A stretch of DNA of 64,000 bases, from positions 7,998,001 to 8,062,000 of the forward strand of contig OZ176052.1 of assembly GCA_964247055.1 (NCBI GenBank). Reading direction: 5' to 3'. Origin of the DNA: Paragordius varius (Eukaryota; Animalia; Nematomorpha). The notes beneath the pieces are model-generated. The model was not told the DNA's origin. It ran no database searches and was given only the letters and a program-made list of their open reading frames with translations. The position numbers and the translations under genes were made by a program. Shown here piece by piece: positions 38,907 to 52,800 of this stretch; position 1 is the stretch's first letter, and each line of letters opens with the position of its first letter.

Positions 38907-41581
38907 ATGAAAACTTCTGGAATCATTCTTTTGGCTTATACGGTTAGCTTTTATATTAGTAATATGTTTTACTATTCATTGGGTCATTTTTCACGCTGTT
39001 TTGTATTTTGTACCTAATTAATAAATCTTTAATACACCTATTGTATTTTAATTAAATAATGCGAATTTAATAAATGGATACAATTGAGTCTATAATATTA
39101 CGCTTGGCGACTTGATAAATAACATCCATAGTACAAGCTAATTTTTCGATAAAATGTATCGTGATATTTTGTAAAACAATCGAAAAGATTAGAACTTTGT
39201 GTCAAAAAAACTATATCCAGCGTTCCAAAAACTTTTCTATTTTTCAAAAACAAAAAAAAAATACAAAAATATCATGGCATATTAATCAGTTATAAGGACC
39301 CCCTTCCGCAAAATTAATTTTCTGATAGGTGAGGCTCAGCATCATCTATTATAGGTTTATGAGTTTAATTGCTTCGTCTAGTGTTTATATGTTTTTAATC
39401 GTACTTTCCAGAATTTAAGGCACTCTTAAAATATTGTTTTTTTATACCTAAAAAATTGTATACAGATAATTGTTTGCAAAAATATCATATCTCACCTCTT
39501 AAATAATCAAAAAGTGTTTTTCATAAACAAATTTCAGAATACTATATTCATTCGAATTCAATCATGGCTATTTTTATTTTTTGAATGGATAATCATGGTA
39601 TGTTATACAAACGCCACCCGTAAAAGGATACATTAAATATATAGCATATAAAATTAAATATTAAAACTGCCTAAGCGTTAAAGTCTTTTATAAAAAGCAT
39701 AGGAATTAAAATAGATCTTTGCTATTCTTGCTTCTGCATTAGCAAAATTATTAAATATATTTTCCTTAATGGCTTTTCCATCTTTTTGAATTGATTTTCT
39801 TTTACAGAAAAATGATCGATGTCAAAACCATAAAAAATTCAATTTTAGTGTCTGGTGGCTTAGTTTTATGAAAGTATTTATATTTAAATATCGGTATCGA
39901 AACAAAATAATTATGTTGAAAAGTAAAGAATCACTCATTTTTATATATAGTTAAAGTAACAAAAACGCGTATAAATGATTTTTTAAAAAATACCTAGTTA
40001 ATTTATTAATAAATATGTAATTTTCGGTGACATTTGTATAACCTTTTTCAGGATAAAAAAATTAAAACAAATTTTTTAAATATCATTTAAACTCGTTTTG
40101 CCATTTACTTGCAAATTCTTTTAAAATAATCATTTTAAAAAACAAATTTATATAGAAGAATTACGATTAGCAAACAATTATGGCTATACAGCGTGGTGTA
40201 TTCAGACCCTATGAAATCGACATTTAAACTTCTATTAGATAAAGGGCAAAAAATATTTTTAGCGCATCTGTAGCCATATTTCAATCTTAACTATCTTAAC
40301 TGTAATAGTACTGGTGATAAAATTATAGTTATTTATTTTAAAATATTTACAATTTGGCTTATATGAGTCATTTTTAGTATATTTTTCTGTTGAACTTAAT
40401 AACATGCGAAAATGCCCTTTATAATAGCCCAACAATCATTTAAAACATAGTGACTAAATTGTAAGGAACTAGAACACACACCATATAATATGGCGATAAT
40501 GTGCCAAAAATCACTAGTGCTATTCAGATAACAGACATATAATTTAAAATTTTTTTATATATTACACCACCTTTTCATCTTAGTTGATAGAGTTGGTAGA
40601 TAGTTTGTATGGTATGAATTACAATAATGGGAATGGTAGAATGTTGACTTCCTCACCCAATGCGGCTGTAGCAAATCGAGTCCCGGTTAACCCGGGTTTA
40701 TGGCCCACAAATTGGATGGGTTCGCCTCCTTATTACAATTTTCAAGCACCCAGTCCTTGGGTTAATCAACAACAACAAGTTATGTTCCAACAATACATGC
40801 AAAGGCTAAACGCTCCACAACAGCAACAGCCCTATAATTGGCAACAACATAATTGGGATAATCAAATGGAATCGAAAAAGACCACAGCAGCACCGAAAAA
40901 AATGCCTATAATGCGACCAAAAAAGAGCCCCTTTGAAGTTGTGCCATCATACAAATTTGGGAAATATATTAAGGATACAACTTCATCCACGACTACGTAT
41001 GTTTAATTAAGTTTTAAACTTTTAATGAGTCTCATATTGCCGATTAATTTGTATATAATTTCATTATATAAACTATTTTTTTATATTGTCTGATAAATTA
41101 ATTTATGTATCATAGCTCATCCACCACAGATTCTACAAAAGCCAGAGTCGACATCATTAAGATTGTCAAGAAAAAACCCGATTGCTGTGCCAAAAAGGGC
41201 TTGGCGGCTCTAGGAATCGCGGAATTAGGCGGACTTCCAAATATTGGTACATTTTATCCATATTTGTGTCAGTATTTTTATACGAGAAAAATCTAAATTA
41301 TTTACATTTAATACAATTTATCAGCATCGTTTATTAAAAACGTTAATTTTTTAGCTGGCCTTGGTTTACAAAAATCGCGTGATACCAGCTTCCACCCCAA
41401 AATGGTAGCACATTTAACAAATAAAGCAGTTCAAGAACAAATTGCGAAAAATGTCCAAAGAATTGTACAAGTTAATCCGGAATATCCAGATTCAGGACCT
41501 GCGGGACCGCATTTAGCCTCAGTTAATCATAGTGGTAAGAGTGCGGAAGAAATAGCAACTAATTTAGGCTACAAAAAATGA
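38907..41581 (+). CDS. Orphan secreted Gln/Asn/Pro-rich low-complexity protein (4 exons predicted)
   Basis: Exon 1 MKTSGIILLAYT (38907-38942) joined to LIELVDS forms a signal peptide. Exons 40583-~40998, ~41114-41245 and ~41355-41581 join in frame via GT-AG. Body has QQQQ/WNP-rich repeats, a Thr/Ser run and a CC pair. No family recognised; the exon 1 link is inferred. Confidence 0.65.
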
Positions 41582-42099
41582 GAGATATGGATATTATATT
41601 AATATAATAATAAATTAGTTATATGATTCTATATAAGATAACTTTTAATGTCGCACCTAACATTACGTCTTTTTTTAACTAATATTCTATACAGCTAACA
41701 AAATAAAAAATAAAATAAAGTGAAACTATTATACACAAATGCAACGAATGTTTAAAATTTTTTACGATTCTGGTTATATTATCTTCTGCTATTTATCGAC
41801 TAACGAAATATTAAATAAAAAATGGGGATTAACTATTTTTGTTTTGATGAAAATTGTTAAATAGTATTAAATTTGATGTGAGCAAAATTAATTCTCAGGT
41901 AAGTTCTAATATTATATGTAAAAGAATTAATTTTCCGTGGCAACAAAATATAAAAAATATATACAGATTAATATAAACGCCATGCTTTAATAATTAAAAA
42001 AACATGATCAATGTATGATGCTCTTATTATTATTAGTTAGAAAAATCCGCTTTAAAGAGAAACTAAGATAACAACTAATCAGGTTTGTCTTGTTAACAA

Positions 42100-42870
42100 A
42101 TTTTATTCAAATCTGACGCATAAGAAAACATTTCGAAGGTCGCGCCCAGGAAAAAGGGTAACATATATTCAAACTAGAAAAATTGGTAAAATTAAGTTTT
42201 ACATATATATGAGGAAAATTAATTACCGGAGGATTTAAAATTAAATAGGGGCACGAAAGATAAGATTTTAGAATAAACATGAGGAAGAATATTATGAGAT
42301 TTAAAAAGGTCATTTCACATATAAAAGACATATCAGAGTTTTTTCCATTTTATTAATGCTAAGCGCTTTATTCTATCATACCCAATTGCTAAGAGCTGCG
42401 GTGAGAATTATTTAACTTCGGGTTCAATACCATATACTTACACGCAATGCATCAATTATTTCATTATAAACTAAGAGTAACAAGCTAAACTCGTTGAGAG
42501 AAGGATATACGTTGCTAAAAGAGGAGTCATATTCCAAACGATATTAATTTTAAAAACGCTTGGCGATAATAATAAAATAATATATTTTAAAATATAAATG
42601 GAGGGAGATTTGAGATATTAAAATATTAATTAGCACTCCCTATTTCATTTTTGCACGCGATGAAAAAGGGTAGTTTCCTCTCCAGATAAGAATATAAAAC
42701 TACTGTTTTGATAGTTTTGGTAACAATTTAATTATCAAACCCTCTTCTTCTGTGTTAAATAAAAAAACTCAGAATGTTTACAATTTTCAACGTTGAGAAG
42801 CCTTAACCCAGATAGCTCTAAAACACGATTGAAACGAACAGCTGATATTAAATAAATAAATAATCAATAA
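42100..42870 (+). mobile_element. Possible highly degenerate LINE reverse-transcriptase remnant
   Basis: Only faint, broken motif echoes (GFK.NRGT.D, LREG, FARD) in locally GC-richer sequence. Confidence 0.25.
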
Positions 42871-42958
42871 GCTGATATATTGTGATTTAAAAGTTTTTCA
42901 AAGTTAATTATTTATATTTTTTAAACATAATATACATTTGTTGCCAATTGTATATTAA

Positions 42959-43480
42959 CACTTCGATTCCAATTCGGGTATCTAAATACCTCAGACTATA
43001 TTTAAGTTATTATTTTTTAAAAACTACCAAAGGAAATACCAATTTAAATTATGCTGCTATCCTAATAAATATTATATAAATATGACGAAATATCTAATTA
43101 AAAATTAGTTTTGAAAAAAGTTTTATATCAAACTACTTCGACGCCATTTTTATTCATTTTTGTAATATCGTATTTATTTAATTTTAAAGCAAAATTAAAG
43201 CTATTTCTTTAATATCTAACATTGGTAGAAACAGAAAAGTAGTTTATTTAGTATTATTTTTGAATTTAGCTAATGCATATGTCATGTTGACTAAATTTTT
43301 ACCTTTGAGTTTTACCTTAAAAAAAGTAATATTAAGTATTTTCGAATGATTTTTTTAATATTAGGTTTATAATGTTATAAGTGCAAACTTGCCATGGTTT
43401 CGATTCCTTCCATATTTTTAGAAGTTTTTAATTTTAAACAGGCTTGGGGTATCCAACTACTCCAATTTGAATCGAAGGAC
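42959..43480 (+). mobile_element. ~530-bp MITE, copy 1
   Basis: CACTTCGATTCCAATTCGGGTA...TCCAATTTGAATCGAAGGAC; internally homologous to the copies at 45328 and 58179. Confidence 0.8.
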
Positions 43481-44592
43481 TGAAAAACAAAAAGAAATAT
43501 GGTAGCGAAAAAGTTTGAGATAGGGTTTTTTACATTTTGTAATAAAAAATTCTACCATGCGTTTAAAGGGCTAAAGAAGGCATATTATTTAATTTGGTCT
43601 AATATTTAAAATATTTTTCCAAATTATAAGATTTAAGGAAGAAATATCATGAAGTGTTAAATAAACCTAATGAAAATATTAATACAATTTGTGCTGTTAG
43701 AAGATAAGGTGTCATAGTGGATATTTTTCATTTAAGTCTATTAGAAGAATAATCAGATTGTGAGAAGAATATCTGTTCAGATGATCCGTACAAGACGAAG
43801 CCAAATAAAATTATTTGTGAGAAGTATGAAAATTCTTAGCTTTTGCATTATATTAAACATATTGAAACAATTAGTTTCTGTTGGAGGCGGCCGATTTTTC
43901 TATCCGTGCCCCTATCATTGAAACCAATTGTTTCTTCCGTAATCCGATAATATTAATATTTTTTGTTATTCTACGCAACAATATGATGGTTTTGATCCGA
44001 TGAATACAAATTTAAAATAAATAAAAGTAGTTTAATTTATATAATAATATATAATAAATGGCCATCTTTGTGTATATTCAAAAAATTTAAAGATGTATTT
44101 AATCTCAAAATTTTGCTACCGAGCATTTTTTTAGTTTATGTGACGCTCAAGCTTTATGTATAATGCATAAATATTATCTTTTTCACCATGTTTTTTAATT
44201 TATAAAAAATGTAAGAATATAGATACACAATAGTAATATAATTAGATTTATAACCTTTAAATAAAATTTCAATCCTGTATAAATATACGTAAAAAACAAA
44301 TTTTTGTAAAAATTGAATTTATTAATTTAATAATTGCTATCAATTCCAGATATTGCTTCTATAATTTATCTTCCATTGTATACATCAACATTTCCGCAAT
44401 AAAGGTTTTCCTAAACATAAAAAGATAACGATAAAAAGGATCAATTAGTCTTATTATAGAAATTGCAAATAAATGTTTTAAATTTACATTGTCTACCTAT
44501 GTATACCAACTATTTGTAGTAATCTTTCAAAAAAATTCTGATCAGAATATTAAAAAATTATATCAACTGTTATATGGATTAAATTTTACCTT

Positions 44593-45233
44593 TTAGAAAT
44601 AGAGCCTCTTTTGAATGTCATTAATCAACCAATCAATAGCTTCAAATATTACATTACCCTCAACAGTGCTGCAAGGAAAGATATTGTAATTGTGAGTTTT
44701 AATTTTGTCCAACTCCAAAATCTGTATAACGTAGATATATTAATGTACTTTGGTCAATTCAGTCGCTGAAAGAGCATTGGGTAAATCTTGTTTATTAGCT
44801 AAAATCAATAAGGTGGCTCCTTGTAACCTCTAACAATGTATTAACTAATACTTCTTCCATTAAAAGATTGTGAAGTTCTTTCTTGCAATCAGTCAACCTT
44901 TTTATGTCTGCGCTATCAATGACCCAAACAAGTCCATCAGTACTCTCAAAATAATTTTGCCAAAATGATCTTAACGATTTTTGTCCACCAACATCCCAAA
45001 TATTAAGTAAAAAACTATTTTTAAATGATTTTCTACTCATTATATGTTATGGTTTTTATATTGAATCCAAAGGTTGGCGATATAGTATTAATATCCTCGT
45101 GACAAATTTTTTTGACAATTGTAGTTTTTCCAGCATTATCCAAACCACTATATAAAATTATAATTTACAGCATTATTATTCTCAAATCTTTTTCTTTAAG
45201 CTTTATTTTTTTGATAATAGTATATAGGCCCAT
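44593..45233 (-). CDS. ARL2: ADP-ribosylation factor-like protein 2; 5 exons, four micro-introns
   Basis: [22 protein letters not shown]|GLDNAGKTT...[10 protein letters not shown]...|[36 protein letters not shown]...LMEE|[16 protein letters not shown]...TK|ILELDKI...QKRLYF*. Introns 45148-45168, 45015-45036, 44830-44851 and 44722-44748. Confidence 0.96.
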
Positions 45234-45327
45234 TTAAATTTAAAATCACATGGATTTTAGGTTTGTGCTGCAATGCGACAAAAGAAAATATCAATAATTA
45301 ACATTTGGATACAATACACTAATTTTA

Positions 45328-45877
45328 GTCCCTCGATTCAAATAGGGGTAGTTGGATACCTTAGGCCTGTTTAAAATCAAATAGTTTAAAAACTATGCTA
45401 AGAATCGAAACCATGGCAAAATTTTGCACTTATATAACATTAATAAACCTAATTATATAATTAATTTGATTCAAAAATAAATGATATTAAATATTTTTAT
45501 TTAAAACCCAGAGTTTACAATTTCGTCAACGTGACATGTTTCAAATGGTAACATTAAAAAATAATACAAAATAAAGCGCTTTTTCTATTTCTATCAATGT
45601 TAGATGTAATTTATATTAAAATTTAGCTTTAGTTATATCCTTGAAATTAAATGAAAACCATATTTTGCAAAAATTTTGTAAAATAAAAATGGCGTCGAAG
45701 TAGTTTGAGAGGAAACTTTTTTTAAAACAAAATTTATCAAGATATTTTGGCATATTTATATTTTTATCAGGATAGAAGCATAAATTTAAATTGGGACCGT
45801 TTCCTTCAGTAGTTTTTTAAAAATCCTAACTTTAACTTAGTCTGGAGTATTTAGATACCCCAATTTGAATCGAAGTG
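45328..45877 (-). mobile_element. ~530-bp MITE, copy 2 (inverted relative to copy 1)
   Basis: GTCCCTCGATTCAAATAGGGGTAG...CCCCAATTTGAATCGAAGTG; reverse complement of the 42959 copy (e.g. AAAATGGCGTCGAAGTAGTTTGA). Confidence 0.8.
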
Positions 45878-48800
45878 TTAATATTATGATGCTATCAGTA
45901 TAATAAAAGGCAACGTAAAAGTGGGCAAAATGAAGGGAAAATATTTTAAGAAACTTTTTTGATATTGGCCAATTTGACGAAAATCAACATTGATATACAT
46001 TATGGGTGGGGTGATAAAAAATTTTTTTTGACTTGACTTGCAAGTTTTTAAGTCATGACTTGCTTTCATGTGATACAAAAATTTAACATTAGTCGACTTA
46101 AACAAGAAAACTTGATTTGGAGGTAATAAAGATCATCAAGTAAAATTTAGAGTTTTTGCAAGTGTGGTGTAGGGCACACTTGACAGATTTAAAAATATAG
46201 ATAAAATTATTTTGAAAACTATATAATTTTTGGGGTTATATATGTAATTAAAAGTTTTGTTAATACTATAAACTGTTTATTTGATAATTTTAGGCTAATT
46301 AACTTATTCAAATTGGGTAGATACAAAAGAGGATAAATTTTTAGAAAAACTCTGTTAATATTACAATGTATATAAAAATGTGCTATATTTATCGATTCTC
46401 GCAAAAAATTGATTCTCGAATAAAATTAATCAAATATTAATCTTGTTTAAATTTTTTAAATCTTCTTTTTACATAAAATAATAAACGCTAAAGGTTACTT
46501 CACCATTAAAATATTTAGAGAGTTTATTTTATCATAGATTTATTTCAAATGTAATGTTGATAATCAATTAAAAATAATATTATATTATATTGTATAAATA
46601 TCTTCCCATTTTATTTGCCAATATATTTTTAGTGAGTTAGAGATTGTTTCAGGGGCGAATAGTTTCATTAATTTAAAATATAGTTATGGGTCCTAATATT
46701 TGGAAAAATCTATGATATTATATAAGATACCTGCCACTGAGTAAACATTAATAAATGAATAAAGTATTGATGCCTTATTTTATTTGGCTGAAAATGATCA
46801 AAGTAGTTTCCGTAAAATTCGAGTTGGGTGGTGATAGATTTGAATACATCAGTTTAGCTAACCTTAGACTAGACAAATTTATATATTAGATTTGTATACT
46901 ATTTTGATGACCTTTTATATTTGATTAAACTATTGTATCAATTTTGTATTTAACCTGCACACGTTATTTTACCTTGGTTTAACATGTAAATATTACATTC
47001 ACAAAAAGTATATACACCTCGCAAACTTTATATAATTGAGTTTTTGCTTTTTATTTCAATAAATATTATTGTTTTACGGTTTCTTAATTTACAGGTGGCA
47101 AAAAAATGTTACATCCATAACCAAAGACTTGACTTAAGTGTTTTATATTACCGATCTTTAAGTGCACACTTATTGGCTTAAGTAAACTTGCTCAACTTGC
47201 CACGCATTGTTTTGTTTGATTATTCATGCATGACCTTTTGTGATATTTTATTCCAGAGCTATTGCAATTTTAATAAAATAAAGCTATTTGGCAAAATTTA
47301 AAAATGTGCTCTCTTGAGCCTTTTAGGCGCATAAAAAAAGCTTTAAAAAATATAAAATTGTAAAAAAATCCCCATCTCAAACTATTTCACCGCCATTTTT
47401 CTCTTTACATTTTTTTAAACGCTAATACAATTGGCAAATAATTGTATATTATGGTTAGAAAATGAAAAAAATTACTATGCCAAGTTTCATGTTTCATTTT
47501 ACCAGCAAAACTTGATATTTTTTGATATAAAATTCAACTGTTTACTTAATCGCGTATTGCAGGTATCTCAATTTTAGACTCTAAAAGTTACAAAATTGTT
47601 AAAAATAAAAGCTTTTTATTCTAATACAGGAGAACAGTGTTTGATAATTTTTTAACTAAAATAACTTTAAAACAATAGTTTATTTAACAAGATTAGCTCT
47701 GGCATATAAAACTAACCCAAAAATCATCTCGGGAAAAAGTAAAAAGGCCAAAAACTGTTATTGATATTTTTTGGAATGAAACTTGTAGTTTTTATCAAAT
47801 TTTTTAACGCTAAAAGATTCGCAGCAATTACTAAAAAAATAATATTATTCTTCTATTTCTCGTAAGTCCCATATCTAAGGGCACCATGAGAATCATTAAT
47901 TATTCCATCCGAATATATAAATTTCATCAACATATTGCCCTGTATTAGTTAAAAAATTCTTATTAGAGTTTATAAGTTTTATATCTTGAATCAATCTACT
48001 AGTATCAAATGGCTCGATTATATAAAATGAAAAATTAAATAAATACCTTTTTTGCCAGCTTTTTATATAAATTTTTTAGCAAAGATTTAACGGCTAAAGT
48101 TTAAAATGAGGATTCGTTCATTTAAACAAATATTTTTTAATGGGTCCAAAAGGTCATAAAACTATTTATATTGGTCCAATTTGAGAGATTTTTAAATTAT
48201 TTATATATCATTTGCCCTGCTGTGGAATATCTCAATATAATTTGTGATTTTTACAATAAATACTAAAATTTGATGACCAACCTATATTTTAATCAAAATT
48301 CTGATTTAAATGCTCAGGATTCAGATAAAAAATGTTTTTATATCTTTATCGTTTTAACCGACTCCACAATATTATGAAATATGGTTCGTCAAAATTGTGC
48401 TAAAGTTTATATTTTTAGAAAAACTATGCATTTTTCAAAAATTTAGTTTGAATTCTATATAGCATATAAAAATTCTTATCACGAAATCTGGATGGCGTAT
48501 ATTACATGACTACACTTTAATGAGGGTCTAAAAATTTTAGAGTTTTGGAGCCCACATATAATAATTAAAATTTAACGAAAAAATGCTTTTTACATGTAAT
48601 TTATGATAGATATAAAAGATATTTTTTGGAATGAGTCTTTCTACAGCTTTCACCCAAAAATTTTATTTGGCATAATGTGCTCAAACTTTGCGATTTTTTA
48701 GCATGGAACATTCAACACAAAGTGTATTTTTCTTAAATCACTCTTGGGACCAAAACCAAAAGCACCATGATAATTCTGATACATTTTTCTCAATATATTT

Positions 48801-49813
48801 TCATCGGGATATTTTTATATACCCTCCGATGTCCACGGTTTATAGTTTAATGGTAATTTTTGGAACAAAGCATTTAGCATAAACAATTTTTATTCATAAT
48901 GTGCTCAAATCTTGCGGTTTTTTCAGGAACCAATTTCCACATGGTAACAGCTTTCTTAAATTACTCTTAATCCTGAAACGCCATCAGAATCATGATGCTT
49001 TTATCACCGATATATTTTATCAAGATATTTTTTCTGTGCACTGTGTTATATATAAATATTTTTTCAATTTTCAATGCCTCGGGCTAAATGCAGAAGCGCG
49101 AATTAAAATTAGTGGATATAATATTAAAGTTTACTTTTTGATAAAAGCAATATTTATTAAAAGTAGTATTATATTTAACCATTTACATGTAGGATGAAAA
49201 GTATCTCACACCAACATAAATTATATTGCTCATACAAAAAGATAGTCCGCCTTAATTTAATATCGATACGGACTCATCAAAAACATAATATAAATTATAA
49301 TTGATATGTGGTGGAATCTGAAAATTGAATGGTTAATACACTAATTTGAGCAATGAATTTAGTAAAATCTTTTTCAAAATCGTCCAAAAAAATTACAAAC
49401 AATACGATGCTAAATATAATCAACCTTGATATGTCATTGTTTAGCATGTCGATTACCAGAAAATTATTCTACTTCAGAAAAATTATGCTATATGGGTCAT
49501 CGAAAAAGTCCTTAGTATTGGGGAAAAGGTCAGCGTTATATATAAAAGAGGCAAAGAACAGCGTTATGGGCAATATTCTAAAAGAAACCAGTATAAACTT
49601 GGCACAACTCAACTATAAATTCAAAAGCCGCAATTATGGACAAGTTTATTCCATTTTGCAAAAAGCGACCTCGATTGTAGCAACACATTCATCCATGCAT
49701 TAATTCAAATTTATTAATATGCCAATCAAAACAATTTTATTAACATAAATAATTCCATTTTTATATAAATTTATGTAAAATTTATCAAAAACAAAATGGT
49801 TTATTTAACTCAC

Positions 49814-52800
49814 ATCCAATTTATCATAATACCATAGAAGTATAGAGGCGGGCGTTAATAAATTAAATTTTAGGGCTAACAAACATGGAAATTCATAGAT
49901 AATAATTTCTTGTTTATCGAGCCTAAATGTGTTCTCCAATTCCTAAAAAACAAAAATATTAGATAATTTATACGATAAAATGATAAAATCTTCATATCAA
50001 CTACAGTAAAATTTTCAATGTATATTATAGTACAAGGTGCTCACCAAAAAATAAATGTTAATGAATCATATATCATTCGATAGCTAAAAGTTTCATAAAG
50101 AATATCGAAATTATATATGCGGTTAATATGCTAGAAAAGAAGTTATTTTAATTTTTGCTATTAACCAAAATTAAAAAATAGCATTTTATCGCATATTGGG
50201 TCAAATAAAATTAAATACAATAGATGAAACCGTGTCAACAAAATTTTATTTGTCTAAATATAGCAAAAGGATAATTCTAAACGAAAAATTTTATCTACAT
50301 AGTTTTTACATTTTTACGGAGGATCCCAGAAAGATTTCCAAGAATATTAGCTAAAAAATCGTACTTGGGCGTGAATTATTAAAACATATGGTAAAATTTT
50401 TATTTTTATTAAAACAATCATATCCTAACTCTATATATAGAAATTCTCCAATTTGTCACCTTCAAAAAAAGCCTTATATAAAAAAGAAAAATTTTAGATA
50501 ATTTGCACCAAAGCGGAAGCTGCGTAGAATTTTTACAAAGCATTCAATATATATTATAAATATCTTTTCCATATAATACGATGCAGAAAAAGTATCTATC
50601 GACTCAGTTTTGGTTTTGAGGATCGTTATTAAAAGCCAAAATAGCGCAAAAAATCAAAAATCTGAGAGGATAGATCTTTTTCTTGCATTGATTGTATGAA
50701 AAAAGTTTTTATAATATAGATTGGACGTTTTTTAAAAATGATATGCTTCCAGTTTGATGCAAATTATCGAAAAATTTTCTTTTTATAAGGCTTAGATTTT
50801 TTGAAGGCGATATATTGAATTTCTATATATAGGGTTAATATATATTTGTTTTAATGAAAATCAAAAAAACCGCACAATAAATATGATTCAACTTTGACGC
50901 AAAGTGCGATTTTTTAGCTTATACTCTTAAAATCCTTCTGGGACCGTCCGAAAAAATGTAAAATCTTTATTATAAATATTTTGCGTTTAAAATCATCTAA
51001 ATGCTATATTTGAACAAATAAATTTTGTTACACGTTTACATCTATTTAATTTTGTTTGGCCTAATATGCAATAAAAATGCAATTTTTTGATTTCTGCTAA
51101 TGAATTTTAGTAACTTTTTTTTAGTATTTTAACCGTATGTATCGTTTCATATTCATTATTAAGCTTTGAGCTATCAAATGATATATGATTCATTAACCTT
51201 TCTTTTTTGAACCCATTTTTGCCGCACAGTGGTACATATCAATATAAATAAGTTTCCGAAATCTTTTATTGGTAAAAATATTATAGCTTTAATAATTTAT
51301 TTAGTACACTTGAAGAAAAATTTAAATCGTTAAAATAAATACAACATATTTACAAATAAAAATGTGCACTAACCTCAAACAATTCTTTTAACGGTTCTCC
51401 CTTAATGTCATGCAATTTAGCTGCAAAAATAACACAAAGTGATGAGCATATTTTGCGATTGAATTTTCCAACCCAACCTTCAGACACAATTTTATCGAAG
51501 TAATAGTAGGCGTTGGCCAAAATAATGGGATCTAATGAGCACTAAAATTGTTAGAAAACAATGAAACCTCGGATATTATGACTTTTTTCATTTCATCTTT
51601 TATGCTAATAAATAAAAAATATACATTATAAAAAGATAGGAAAATATTATTTTTTAGATATACATTAATTATCTATAAATACTAACATCAAAAATACTAA
51701 ATTTTTTAACACAAAAAATATTGCAATCTGATTATTTCTATCAATTACTATGGGATTTAGAAAATATTTCTGTTAAAACGTCATCCTTACATTCTTAGTA
51801 TCAAGTCCTTAATGGTATATCTAAGCAATATAAATAAATTTGAAATTTAATTCATTAAAATTAAAAAATGCCAAGTATACCATATATTCAATAACAAAAA
51901 TCAGAAATTTTACCCTTGGTTTGTGAGATTGTCTGTCTTTTAGGCATATTTTATGGTTTAATTTTAAATCAATTAAACTAGCATGTTATCATTAATATTA
52001 AATATATTACATTTAACCATGTCACAGCAATATTCATCACATGATGATAGCTTTAAAGGTTAATACTTAACACTGTGCGACAAAAATGGGGATCAAAAAA
52101 TAAAGGCTAATGAATCATATATCATTAGATAGCTAAAAGATCGAAATTATATATGCGGTTAAAATACCAGAAAAAAGTTCATTAAAATTTTTCGGTTATT
52201 AGTGAAAATGAAATCGCATTATTATTGCACATTAGGTCAAAAAAATAAGATACAACAGATGAAAACACGTCAACTAAATTTATTTGTTTATAGCATAAGA
52301 TTAATTCTAAACGCATGTTATCAACAAAGGATTTACATTTCTACGGAGGGTCCCAGGAGGATTTTCAAGAATATAAGCTAAACAATTGCAGCGAATTCGA
52401 ATCATATAAATTTATTAATATCCGATAAAAGATTTTAATTTTTACTAAAATGATCATATATTAACTCTATAGATAGAAATAATCCAATATATCGCCTCCA
52501 TAAAAATTTAACACTTATCTAAAAGGGAAAACTTTTTCGATAATTTGCACCCCGGAAGCTGCGCATATTTTTGCAAAACATCCGATATATATTATAAATA
52601 ATTTTACCATAAAATTCGATCAGATATCATTTCAGATTTTTAGTTTGGAATTTTTTTAGCCAAAAACTTAATTATATTTTTTGGCGCCATTTTGGCTTGT
52701 ACCGACTTTAGGGCAAAAAAATTCCCCAAAAAACTGAATCGATAGATCTTATTTCTGCATCGTATTATATGGAAAAGATATTTATAATATATATTGAATG

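Noticed and set aside
47700-49120. Possible pseudogene or transposase, with a degenerate ~220-bp duplication at 48670-49100
   Set aside because: Stop density is close to random for this base composition and no family motif could be identified.
49353-49703. 116-aa plus-strand ORF (MNLVKSFSK...)
   Set aside because: No recognisable motif; it lies next to the unresolved CABLES 3' end and may be antisense or chance.
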